From Rotaria socialis (taxonomy: Eukaryota), in assembly GCA_905331295.1 (NCBI GenBank), contig CAJNYD010000034.1, forward strand, positions 1 through 64,000: DNA of 64,000 bases, read 5' to 3'. Below the pieces are notes generated by a model that did not search any database, was not told where the DNA came from, and was given only the letters and a program-made list of their open reading frames with translations. The position numbers were made by a program, and so were the translations under genes. The first letter of the stretch is position 1. Each line of letters starts with the position of its first letter. Positions 1 through 13,010 of this stretch are shown here, in pieces.

Positions 1-559
1 CAAAGTCTTTCAAATACACAGCTAAACCTTCAATGGAATATATTTAACTGAGAGCACGCGTAAATAAAATTTTTGCTCTTTGGAAGAAAATGTTTTTTCT
101 ATTGATAAAAAGTAGAGCATACGTGTGGTAGCATGTGAATAAGTGATCTGATAGAATTTAATTTATATTGTAGAGTATTTGCTATGGCTCCTTTGTTTTC
201 ATGTCTATAGCTTTTTCGATAATATTTGCTCAGAAGAAAGCATGATTACTTTATGAATTACATAGATTATAAATGCGATTATATTTGAATATCAATAATT
301 AAAAGAGTTCACGGTCGAAGAAATCAATGGTATAGAATTGGCAGAAAGAAAAAACGTCGAAAGTAAAAAATGTCGAAAATGCTATAGATAGAGTCTAAAC
401 CCAGCTTTTCAAGAATCCTATATGGACAATCTGTAGGAGCATCAGTCGTTGTACTTTCAAATGGATAGCGTATGTTCAAACTCGATTTATAGCACTTTTT
501 ACGTTTTTTCTTTCTGCTAATTCTATGCGTACGGAAGAAATACTTTAATGTATTTTTAG

Positions 560-1525
560 TATACACCGAAAGAAACGTAAAATTGAACACAATCGTCGTC
601 AAGGGCAAACACATGAAGACGTTCAAGGACGACGACGACGACGACGTTACTTTAAAAAGGTAGGTCACAAGTGATTTTAATGATTCGCACATTTATTTAT
701 GAATTTTATGTTATTCGATTTCTAGACGAAATTTGACGAAAATCTACCGATAGATCAAGTTCATCCATTGAATATTGATGATCAATTACTTATGACAGTG
801 TCGAATTGGTCAAGAATTCATCAAGTTCAATATGCTTACAGTCAAGTAATTACATTGAATAAAGTAATCGGTGCTCCTCTTTTCCAGCAACGCAACCGAT
901 ACATTCAACTCTTGAACTTATTCGAATTCCAACTTATCTAGCATCGATACATCTTATAACTTTTATGAAGCAAATACCTAAATTTGACTTATTGGATACA
1001 GAAGATCGTGTTACGCTTGCAAAACATAATTTACTGGCAGTTGTTTTTATGCATGTCGTTCTATTGTACGGTCCAATTGCTGATACTCATCATGAAATTA
1101 ATACAGAAGATCCGACATTTCAAGGCAAAGATTGGATTGAAATACTGGCCGAAGGATTCTATCATAAATTAACAAATATATCAACAAGATTAATTAAAAT
1201 ACTTCAGTACGATCGAGTTATTGTTAAAATATTTTTATTACTTTTATTTACGAAAGATTTTTGCGGCTATGATATTAGTCATGAGCCATCATTAAGAAAC
1301 TCTTTAGTTGTATTAAATATACAAAATCGTTACCTAGAAACACTTTATAAATATTGTTTGCAACATGATGGGTTGACAAAAGCAATAATTTTATTTACGC
1401 GTGCTCTCAGTTAAATATATTCCATTGAAGGTTTAGCTGTGTATTTGAAAGACTTTGTGCATAATCATATTGATGCAGCACAGCTATCATCATTGATGCA
1501 GACTGCTTTACAAGCGACAGGCTAA
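560..1525 (+). pseudogene. Nuclear receptor (NR1J/NR1I-like) hinge + ligand-binding domain, disrupted
   Basis: Hinge exon ~560-659 (RKKRKIEHNRR, like KKRKKIEENR of the next paralogues) with GT donor at 660; LBD exon from 726. A 1-nt frameshift in the T-run at 880-883 joins VIGAPLF to PATQPIHSTLELIRIP. An in-frame TAA at 1412-1414 is followed by IYSIEGLAV...QLSSLMQTALQATG* (AF-2-like, stop 1523-1525). No zinc-finger exons seen upstream within the window. Confidence 0.8.
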
Positions 1526-2878
1526 AAGTGATTGATATTAATTTTTATGTATAAATATAGTTTTTGTTTTGTAAATAAGCATAACATTACGGTGGAAAAG
1601 AAGAAAAAAAAACACTTTGTACTTTTTCTATAAACCCTCTCAGGTTAATCATGTGCCATGATGGACAACACTTTTTTCTTTCTTTCTTTTTCTTCTTTCT
1701 TTTTTTTCTTTTCTTTTCCAACTACTGCTTTATTTTGTGTAGTTCCGTTAGAACGCTGTCGTCACATGAAAGGTGAATGTACCCGTGCTGTATTTTTTAT
1801 GCGTATTTATTTTTATTATATTATTTATAACCAAAAAGAAAATTTTTTGACGATTCAATAGTATCCCGTGGTTGATCTGTTAGTAATGAAATTTAAAAAA
1901 TACGAAGAATTCTAAATTAATTGAAGTACACTAAAGCAAAACAACGTTTCTATTTATATCTGTTCGTAGAAAATGAGTGAAATCTATCAAAATAACTATT
2001 GCACACTATATAAAACTTTTGTTTTTTCTAACAAGTCCTCTATTCTATTAAAGAACTAAACCCTCAGTGTTTTAGAATGATTATATATCGAAACTAAGGA
2101 ACAATTTTGCGACGGACGACTGATTAATACTTGTTTTGCAAATAGATAAGAGAGAAAGAAACAAGTGATAGTATTTTGTTTCGGTGGTCATCCCTATTTT
2201 TGAAATGACTCAAAAATGCTTGTTTTTATATGTTCTCTTTTCTCTTTTTGTTATCAATCGGACGATATCAAATAAAACTACAACATGAGGTTCACGTATT
2301 TTATTAGGGTTTAACGAAAGAACATTGATTCGTTCTGTCTCTTCGTTATTCCTCTTTCTTTTATTATTAGCCACCTTAAAATATACTTTGCTATTATTTC
2401 TATTCTAGAAAAAAAAATTCAATAGAACATCAAAAAATAACATCTTAAGGAAACTGAATATTTTGTAATATTATAAAGTTTAGAAAAAACGTCTTTTCGA
2501 AACGTACAGATTCAAATGTATCTCAATAGATCTCTGTGAATTGACCGACATCTCAATTTTTCATATTACTTTGTAGTCCTCAATAAATAAATAGCATGAT
2601 GCAAAAAAGTACATTGTTAACTTCGGCCTTGACAGAGTACCCGGAGTAATTATCTACAAACTCTATTACCCCGTTATCGTTCTTCGCTTTTTTTCTTCTA
2701 TCGTAGCCATTCTGTTTTATATTCTTTCTTTCTCGAACGAGACACATTCAAGTCTATTTACTCAATCTTTTTTTTTCGTTCTTTTCTTTTCTGTGGTAAC
2801 TTGCATTCGCCTCCGTTGACTCCAAGGCAGAAGGTTTTTTGTGCAAATCATTATTCAAAATCGTAGCTAGTAAACTAC

Positions 2879-4431
2879 ATGATGACTCAAGACTATATAA
2901 GACATCGCAAACGACCGTTAAATCTTTCGTATGCTCTCGATACAGGTAGAGACTCAGATATAATCGATTTTCTATCTTTAATAATGACAACAATGAAATA
3001 GATCAACAACGTACGACCAATATTCGTAGGAAACCAGAATATTTAACTTGTAGTATATGTGGAGGATCAGCACATGGCTATAATTTTGATGCTATTACAT
3101 GTGAATCTTGCAAAGCTTTTTTCCGAAGAAATGCGTTAAAACCTGATGTAAGCAAAAATAGCACACGATTTTTTGGAATCGAATCTTTGCATATTTATCT
3201 TTTCATTTTTTAGAGTGAATTTAAATGCCGAATCAATACTGGTAAATGTGTTATTACCGAATCGACAAGAAAACGATGCAAAGCTTGTCGCTTAGCTAAG
3301 TGCTTAGAACAAGGTCTATTGTTTGTTTGTTTACTTTTTTCTTTGTTTTCACTTCTTTTTAAATAATCTGCTCTACATTTCTTTTTCGGCGTATTCAGGA
3401 ATGAGAGCTGACTGGATATTAACTGACGCAGAACGTGTAAAAAAACGAAAGAAAATTGAAGAAAATCGCTTACTTCGCCAGACAATCTATCCTGATTCAT
3501 CAGACACCGATGAAGTACGATAGACAAATATTTTTGAGTCTAATTTCTTTTTCTATTAATTTTATTTATCCTCTAGATGGAAACAATAAAAAGAAAGGAT
3601 CGAACATACGACAATGAACAAGGCCATGATACTAACGGTGATAGTTCTGTTTCATTATCACTTATGCCAGTAGAAAGAGCATTATTATCACCTGAAGATT
3701 TAATTAAAATTAAAAAAGTTCAACAAGCATATTCGGATTCTGTTCGTTTAATATCACTACCAAGTCATATTCCATCATATCCACAATTAGTACGAATAAC
3801 TGAAGCATCAGATATGATCAATATTCCTGCGAATATTCAAGCAACGCGTCTTATAACTTATTTCAAACTTTTACCAGAATTTTCATCTCTAAATGAAAAT
3901 GATAAATTGATTTTAATTAAATACAACACATTTCCATTAGCCTTTATTCGTGCAGCATTAACTTACGATGTAGCCGCCGATACTTATCATGAACCTAATA
4001 CAGATGATTGCATTTTTGCAGGCACGGATTTAATTAAATGTTTTGGCTTGCATCAATATGAGCAATCAACACGTTGTATACAAAATTTATTAATTGCTTC
4101 AGCAAATGATACGCTTATATTACAAATACTACTGGTTGTGATGATATTTTCCAAAGGTTCATCAATATGCACATATGAAGATGAAGTTGAACCTATAGCA
4201 GAAAATATTTTAGCAATTTTTACGGCACAAAATCTATTTGTTGATTTATTATGGAAATATTGCCAAAATAAATTTGGATATTCAAAGACAGCTAAAATTT
4301 GGCTGAAACTTACAATGTCCTCGATGGATGCACATTTTCAAGCATCTACAACAAGACATGATTATATAAAAGTCGATTCTGTTGCTAGACAACTTTTGCC
4401 GCTGATGAAATCAGTTATGTTAATCGTTTAA
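2879..4431 (+). CDS. Nuclear receptor, NR1J group (HR96/DAF-12/NHR-8-like)
   Basis: Exons ~2950-3147, 3214-3313, 3399-3514, 3577-4431 join in phase. DBD CSICGGSAHGYNFDAITCESCKAFFRRNAL...CKACRLAKC; LBD with FKLLPEFSSLNENDKLILIK and terminal LLPLMKSVM. Start is unresolved: ATG 2879 is out of frame with the DBD exon and there is no clean in-phase acceptor near 2980. Confidence 0.88.
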
Positions 4432-5812
4432 AACTGAGAAAAAAGGACATTACCAGTGTTTTGTATAAATTTATCTATGTAACGTTTTCTTCTCGTTGTC
4501 ATTTTCTTTCGGTTTTTAAAAGAAAGATATCAGTCGTGTATTTTTGGTGATACATTTATATCGAATCAAACTGTTTGTTAAACCAGTTAGATAAATAAAA
4601 TAAGAATAAATCGCAATGACAATAAACATAATCGATTGCTTTTCGATTCACGGACCGTGCCTTTCTTAAATAAAAGAATGATGATGTATAATTAATGAGT
4701 TGTTGTTTCATTATTTAATATATCATTATGATTGTAGGCAAGTCACAGGCTGCATTAATCAGATGAATGATAATTTGAGAAAATTATTTCTTAAAAAAGA
4801 TTCATTTCCTTAGAGACAAACGAGCTATTGTTAATTGAGAAAATAAAGATGGCACATGCTTTTTTAACCCCTCCACTGGTTGACCTACTATTCTATCGCA
4901 AGAAAAAGTATCTACCTTATGAAGGTACTCATTAATTGGCTAGAGAGATATTTTTCATTAAAAAAACAAAATTAAACATCCCGCTGTATTAATCGCTATT
5001 ATAGTTTCGTTAAACGAAGAGAATATAAGTCGTTAATAATACTGCTTGCAATCTTGACTAATTTAAACTTCTTGTTTACAGTTCAAGATTAAAAGTACTT
5101 TCTTTTTTCCTTCTCGTCCTTTCTGGTGTTCTTTTTGCATCACGAGGTAGAAAAGGAAAGAAAGTAAATAATATTTTCATTAAGCTAACAATTTTCATAT
5201 GAGTATAAGAGCTGCATAATTATGTGTTCATTTACAATTCAAAATTTGATTACACATAGTTGTTTAGTTGCTGTTGTTTAATGAAATCTCAAAATAAAAT
5301 TTTTCTGTTGTTCAATTTTTACATTTACTGCTTGCCCAAGAATATTTGTAACGTGTCGCTTTTGTGTTTTTTTTATCCGAAGTATTTATTAAAATATCAA
5401 AACGATCCACAGGCAACGCTTGTTATTTTTCCTTGCAAACCTTCTCTTTGTCTTTACGATATTATTTTATAAGCGTCTGCTCGTGTTTCGAACACGTGAG
5501 TCCATCTTATTTGGTAGGATATCTATTCTCTCTTTCGTTCTATTTCTTTGACTCTCTCATTCTCTCTCCCTCTATATTTTTCTCTGCAATCACCCCATAC
5601 AACCCCTGCCGCTTTTATTCCGTTTTTTTCTTTCCTTCACAGCATACTAAAGACGCTGCATTTGACGAGTCACTTTGAGTTGATGTGAATATGCGCACAA
5701 TATCGAAGTATTTACAGTATAATCATCATTTATAAGCATATTTTTTTTCTGTTGTAGTTGATTACCAAAAACGAAGATATTTCCATTGAATTGCAACAAT
5801 CGTTGATTACAA

Positions 5813-7472
5813 ATGCAGACAGATTATAGAGTGCCTACAACAAATACAGCAGCAATGCGTGAACAACAACATCGAAAACGATCAATTTCGAGCATCAATT
5901 CTCGTAAACGTGATCGTCATGACCTCATCTGTGTTGTATGTCTTGCGCCAGCAATGGGTAAGTACACATGACTTCTAGCACACAATCACATGGTGAAAGT
6001 TATCTTTCTTTCCTTCATGTAGCATTTCTTTAAACGTATTATTTTGTAGGTTATAATTTCGACCAAATAACATGTGAAAGTTGTAAAGCATTTTTTCGTC
6101 GCAATGCATTAACTAATTCAGTAAGCTAATTAACGTCTTTTCACAACTGTTTATTCGTTTAAAAATATCATATTTTTACTTCAGGGCAAATTAAAATGTC
6201 GATCTGGTACCGATGATTGTGTTGTTAATTTAGAAACCAGAAAAGTATATCAATAAATTTCTTCATTTCAATTTTATAACAACGTTTGTTTTTAGCGATG
6301 TAAAGCTTGTCGACTTAAAAAATGTTTCGATAAAGGTTTACGAAAAGAATGGATTATGTCGGAAGAAGAAAAACGAACAAAAAAACAAAAAATTGAAGAT
6401 AACCGTCGTTTACGTGCAATGTCACAAAATTTAACAATGTTCTCACTTACGCCAGCAAGTTCTCCATCAAATGTCCCTGAAACTAAACTTTATAGTTTTC
6501 CAATTAAAAATGAAAAACACAGTTTTGATGATTTCGATGATAATAATAATAATAATAATAAAGAAAGTCTTCTTCTTTTTGATTATAAAGATGAGTCCGC
6601 GAATTTTAAAATAATGCATGAATTATTGAATCATAATAGTAATACTGATGAAATCCAACAAAGTTCATTCGATTATAAAACATTATTAGATGAAAACGAT
6701 CGATTATTAATAACACAAATTGATGAAAATTATACTCATGCTGTTGAATTAAACGTATCAATTGCAGAAGATTATGATTTACCATGTTTAAGAAATCTCA
6801 ATCATATTACAAATATCGTGAATGAACTAACACACATAAGTACATTACGAACGATTACATTCTACAAATTGACACCAGAATTTAATGTAAGTTTTTCTTT
6901 TTGTTAAAAAGTGAAGAGAAAAAAGCGTTTCCTATTTCTATTAGTCTTTACATGAAGATGATCGCTTAGCACTAGTCAAGCATAACCTAATGGCTTCATT
7001 ATTTTTTCATTTATGCATGTGCGTTGATAAAGATACACAAATATATCGTGAACCAAATACATCGCGTGATTTTTGCTACAATGCCAACGAATTACGTCTG
7101 TACTCCGATGATGTTTACAATCAATCGATGATCTTCCTTCAAGAAGTTCAAGATCTATGTGCAAACGACCATTTAATCATGAAAATAGCCATGTTAATCA
7201 TGATTTTTACAAAAGGATCCGATTTGAACGAGCCATATTGGCTTGAGCCACACAAAATTTTTCACGCACAAAATGTTTTCGTGGATCTTCTGTGGAAATA
7301 TCTTACCGTCCGTTTTAACAGTGATTTAACACCATCGATTTATTCGCGTCTTATTTTTGCTTGTATGAATGCACAAATACTAGGACGAAAAACGAAAGAA
7401 GCTGTGTCTAAACAGAACGTTAATAATGAACATCTTGCTCCGCTGATGCAATCAGTTTTATTGAGTATCTAG
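5813..7472 (+). CDS. Nuclear receptor, NR1J group (HR96/DAF-12/NHR-8-like)
   Basis: Exons 5813-5957, 6050-6120, 6185-6244, 6296-6886, 6945-7472, all GT-AG and in phase. CVVCLAPAMGYNFDQITCESCKAFFRRNAL, CKACRLKKC, GLRKEWIMS; LBD ends LAPLMQSVLLSI*. Confidence 0.92.
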
Positions 7473-7829
7473 TGACTATTTATTTGCCATATGAAAATTA
7501 TTATATAGTATAGGCTGTTTTTTTCCTTATTTGTTCTATATTTATTTTAAAAGCTTTTTATTTACGAAGAGAAAAGCGAAATAAATACATCGTATATTCG
7601 AGCTACTATATTGTAATGAAAGTCAAGATTTTGTTTTCTTCTCAACTTTATAATTATTTTCACTGCGATCTTGTAATTTACAAGAGGTACTACGGACATA
7701 GCTAAGTGTTTCTCATTGTCAAAAAGAAAATAATTATTTATGGTTGTTAAGGCAACAACAAAAGAGAATAATATATTTTTTATCTTATGTTAAATATGAC
7801 GATAATAGAAGAATTTTCTATTAAAATCA

Positions 7830-10800
7830 ATGAATATTAGTAATTCAAAATATGAAAATAATTCTCAAACAAAACAATCACTCATAGCAAAAGGCATTCA
7901 GCAAGCATGGTGTCGACGATTTTCTTCAAATATTCATTCAGGTGTTCGAGTTAAAATGCAGCAACAACCTATACAGGAAAATCGTGACCCTCGATCAAAA
8001 TTATCTTCATTAAACCACATTCAATCAATGCTAAAACACTTTCGAATTGAATCAGCTGTATGTCAAAATTCATCAAAGCAACTTGATCATTCATCTCAAA
8101 ATCAATCATTGTCTTCCTATGAATTAAAATCTATTCTGCATAATAATAATCATGATCTTCTTCTCCACAAACAAAATCATGAAACCAATGAGAAAGATAA
8201 AACTATGAATAGTATTGGTGTACAAACAACAATACTAGCCAAACTTGATCGACAAACATCGTGTGATATTCTTGTAGAAAGAAAAAAACTTATTCGGAAA
8301 AGTCAATCATCATCATTGTCGACAGTTTCTGATTCTAAAACATCAATATCAGATGAAAGCTCAACATATACGGACAGTACGTCAACAGATATGACAACAC
8401 TTAGTACTGATACTACTACTACTACTACTACTAACAGTAGTACAAATATGAATCATCATAAACGATATCAACGTAATAAAAATCGAAATAGCAATGCAAT
8501 AGATACTGATATCGAAGAAACTCTTGAACGTAAATCTCAAACAGAAAAGTCAATACAGAAATCATCGGTAAAAAACAGTTTTGAATTTCTACAAGTAACA
8601 AATCAAACTCATTATGTCGTCAGTAGAAATGTAAAAAAAAGATCTTTCTCGAAGCAATCCGATCTTCGGCATATCATATTCTGTGACTAATCACGAAAGA
8701 AAAGAAAAGAATACATTAAAACAAAATTTGTCAGACTATCTTTTAAGGAGAAAATAATTTTTTAAATATTTATGATTACTTTATCCACAGTCATAATCAT
8801 CAGCCTCATCAATTGTGGACAGGCGATGTTTTCAACCGACAACAAATTTGTACTGTTTTTTCCTATTAGCGGAAGTCTTTCAAGGATCGTTAACAGACGC
8901 TAATATCCGATTTCTTATGAGTTTTACAATTCAATCATAATAATTTGAGCGACTGCGACCTCTTTGGTTTTAGTACTAGTGGAAAAAAGCATGATTAAAA
9001 CCCACTCTAACTTACTTTTCCCAACATGAAATGCAGGCCAAATACTCGCGCACGCACATATTTTAAATCATGCACGACTTTTCCATCATTAATTATGATA
9101 ATCTAAATATTATTACTTTCATAGTATGACGAACAGTCATTACAGAATATAAAAATTAACACGCCATGTTGTTCTCCATCAACTTCATCAACAGCAGGAA
9201 AACAACGGTTTTTTAGTGCGTTCCTTAGTCTATTTTCATATCTTCGATTATCATCATTCAAACGAGATCGAGCTTCGACATCTACTTCTAAAGTTCTGAA
9301 TATGGAACAAAATATTCGACCGCCAACTTCTCGTTGTCGACGATCTGCAGCGAGAAATTTCAATTATAATTCATCTATTGAACCAAAAAATCATTATTTA
9401 CTAATAGGCTCCGAAGAAGATTCGTTGTCGAAACAGAATCACTTAGAAAAACAACCTTCTCTATATTCAATTCAAAATAAATCACTATCAATGAGAAAAC
9501 AATATCGACGAAGTAAACATAGGAAACATTTATTCTTTCGGACATAATCTATTTATTCTCCATTATAATTCTATATTGCAAAAGTCAATAAATCAAATTC
9601 AACTATCGTTGATTCTCAACGATTAAAGAAAAATCAAAGGAAACATTCGTATAGACAAGAAAGACATACTCATCGTCATCGAAAGAAACGAAAACAAATT
9701 CCCGCTGATAATCATTCCAAAGAACTCGTTGGAGAAAGTAAGTATCAAATGATAAACCTTGAGTTAAATTGATGATAGATCTACAGCCAATTGCAAATAT
9801 CTATCTTTTATAGGTATAAAACCATCAGTATGTACTATGGAAGATCCTAGCAAAAACTCTTCATCAGTGCATGAGGATACCCAACAAACATCAATTCTCT
9901 ATCCTACTGTTGAAAGCGAAAGATCGCACCATGTATTTCTTCAAGAACAAGATCTTTCTTCAAAGGTGATTAAACTTATGAAAAATTCACTTCGTTTAGA
10001 ATACGTATTTTCTTTAAATCTATAGTGTATCGATAATCATTCGACAGATACTGTTCCGTGCTTAGAGAATCATGAAATATTTAAATCGAATCCTTTGCCA
10101 TCTTCATTTCAGAAAATATTAAATCAGCATGTGTCTCATCCAATAGAATCCGTTCGTTTACGTGTTAAAAATAAAAATTTAATTTCAAATTTATCCCAAT
10201 CGTCTATCTACCATGTCGATGATTCAATAAAATGTCACCATAGAAATCTAATCAACGAATTTAAATCGATTCTTCAACAAACAAAAAGTATTCATACTAA
10301 TAATAATTCTTTTGACGATGATAATTTAAAAGCACAAGCAAACTTCAATGCATCGAATATAGCGGTAATAACGTATAGCCATGAAAATGAATAAAATATT
10401 AGTCTATATTTTAACTTACATATGTTCCTAAGGCTTTCTATGATGATATTTATTTTTGTTCGTCTATGTTAAACGCATACAGAGAATATTCAATTGAAAT
10501 ATACTCTCATTATCAAATTATCACGAACTTCATTCTATTGCTGTCATTAAAAAGAAGCTTTCAACTTTTTATGTCTATAGAATAATCTTTTTAAACAAAT
10601 AATACGAGAGCTCAACGTTCCCTATTATCTAAAATATTTCTTGAGCATTAATTAGAGTATTCCACAAGTTAATTTTTCTATTAAAAATTTAGATAATTGA
10701 GTCTATACTTGACGTAGATACTGGGATTGTGTTTGAATTACTGTTTCATAAATGAATGCAATACAAAATATTCTTCTATAGTAAAAACAAATCTAAACAT

Positions 10801-11355
10801 AAGATCTTGTGTTTTTTCATGGCAATGATAAACTGAAGTGGACAACAATCATAGTGATAAGGGTACCTCCAATAATATTTGGTTTTGTGCTGTTGACATA
10901 TAAGTAAAAGCTAAAACTCAAATATAGGGAGTGCTAGAAATTTTACAACAGCTTTCGGAATTCGCTTTTTTAAATTGATCTTCACTATGACTATCTATTT
11001 TCGTGAACATAAATATGATAAACTTGTAATTTAGTCGACTTTTTGCTCAATAAACAATCTAAATGATAACAAATCTCACAATCCATCTATGGCTTCGTCA
11101 CATAGTTCAACAAAATCGATTGAGAATCATTCTATATCAATTCCTCAAACAATAAAAAATCAAAGTGATACTATTCGTGAAGGTGTCGAACAGCTCATTC
11201 GCTATCAAGAATTATCTCGATCATATAAATTAACAAGTAATAAAGCTGTTAGACAATTCCTTACGCGATCGTCAATTTTATCGCCACAATCTCTTCATAA
11301 ATTATCTATAAAAAATGAGCCCCATTCAACAAAACAAGTCAAAGAAAAAAACTGA
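7830..11355 (+). CDS. Uncharacterised Ser/Thr/Asn-rich low-complexity protein
   Basis: ORFs 7830, 9302, 9837, 10095 and 11089 plus an intervening exon at about 9584-9737 can be joined through phase-compatible GT-AG introns. No recognisable domain. Confidence 0.65.
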
Positions 11356-12253
11356 ATAATAGACTCAATTTCTTCAACATTTTCTCTTTACAAATATTTT
11401 TTTTATAACTTTTTCTTAAATTTCAAAATATACAAATTTTTTCGCAAAAATATTTGAAACGGTACATCGTAAAAAAGTAATATTGAATTGTTCGACATAA
11501 TGGCAGTAACAAAACAATAAAAAGATAAAATAGCTCGATATCTACTAATAAAATAGTGCGCGCACGATGAAGTTTCCTATGATAGTAATCTGTTCGATCA
11601 TTGAATGAATATAAGTATTATCAACTGTTGCATTAACTCAATCAATCGAGTCATTCAGAATATCTTATACGTTGTACGCGTAGAAATCTTCAAATGAATA
11701 CATCGGAATAGAGTAGATGCGATTATTTTCCTTATCGAATACAATATTCAAATAATCTTAGAAAAATATTCGAGTACGTAATCTATTGGTAAACATTGAT
11801 TATTGGATAATCCTAAAGAGTCATAGATTAAAACGAAGTTATCCCATCGAGCTATTCGCTGTAGATGCAATGATGATGATCCCCTGTTGGAAACTGAATA
11901 TCTCGAGAAAGGCGTATTCTTGGGTTTTTTTTAAACTACCAAATATATCTATTGGTAAAGTTGCAGGTTGAAAGTCAATATCTTGATTTCTTTGCAAATG
12001 CCATGCTCGCGATGATAACAAATGGCACTCCAATCCTCATAATATTCTATCGGTCGATAATAAGCCACGGTTCTTTCAACCTTTTATTAACCTCATCGAA
12101 ATCAACTCATAATCCTAATATGAAGTCAAGCTAGGTCCAACAGTGGTGCCGTATATTTAAAAGAGTCTTTTTAACTTAATGTTATCATTTATTATATTAA
12201 AATATTTATAAATGTCAGATAATAAACTTTACATATGCACGTTTTATTATTTG

Positions 12254-13010
12254 TCAGGAATTGATTTTTGCTATTCTTTTAAATCCAAATGTTTTAATAA
12301 CATTAATAAGAAGAGTCAAAACGATGAGAAGAAAAAAACAAGCTATCATACATATAAATATAATAATAAAGCAACGTTGTCTATCTTTCTTTCTTCTTGT
12401 CTGTAAAATTTTATGTAAATCCGAGCCACCTTTCTCTACGCTTACCTGCGTTTGATTTACAGATGTTTCAATGTTTTCAAAATGTATTTGCTGATTATCC
12501 AATGTCGTATATAGTTTATGATAGAGTTCTTCTATTTTATTTAGATTATATTTCAATTTAACAATTTCATCACGTGCTTCGTAGATTTCTGATGATGAAT
12601 ATTGATCTCTGAATTGATTACGCATAGAGAAATAAACTAGAATAATGAAACCGTAAAACATAGCCAAGTTAACATTGGATTAATAAGAATTCAGTGCATT
12701 TGTACAGAGAAAAATTATGTTTTAGTTTACAATTACTAGCGCGTTGAACTTATTTAACTAACTTATAAATCACAATATTATGCATAGAATTTTTCAAATT
12801 CATAAGCCGACAGATCGAATAGCTCTATAACAAGTATCATCAACAAGACGAGATTTCTTAGTTAGCTCCAATTGTTGCAATCGAAAATTTTCTTTTAAAA
12901 GTCAACGACTATGTTACTTTCTAAGTGATAGTCGCAACGAGTACGCCGAAGGAAAACGTCTTCAACTATTAACCTGTACTCGAATGCATTGCATGGCTGT
13001 TGTTCTAAAG
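12254..13010 (-). pseudogene. Divergent syntaxin-like t-SNARE; last exon intact, upstream exons apparently disrupted
   Basis: 12254-12609 encodes a SNARE-like heptad (EARDEIVKLKYNLNKIEELYHKLYTTLDNQQIHFENIETSVNQTQVSVEKGGSDL) with central Q, basic RRKK and a C-terminal TM helix. Putative upstream exons show an apparent frameshift near 12812 and an in-frame TAA near 12682. 5' end unresolved. Confidence 0.55.

Noticed and set aside
1412..1414. Possible stop-codon read-through or recoding in the first nuclear receptor
   Set aside because: The codon is TAA, the same gene also has a frameshift, and other genes here use TAA as a normal stop; pseudogenisation is simpler.
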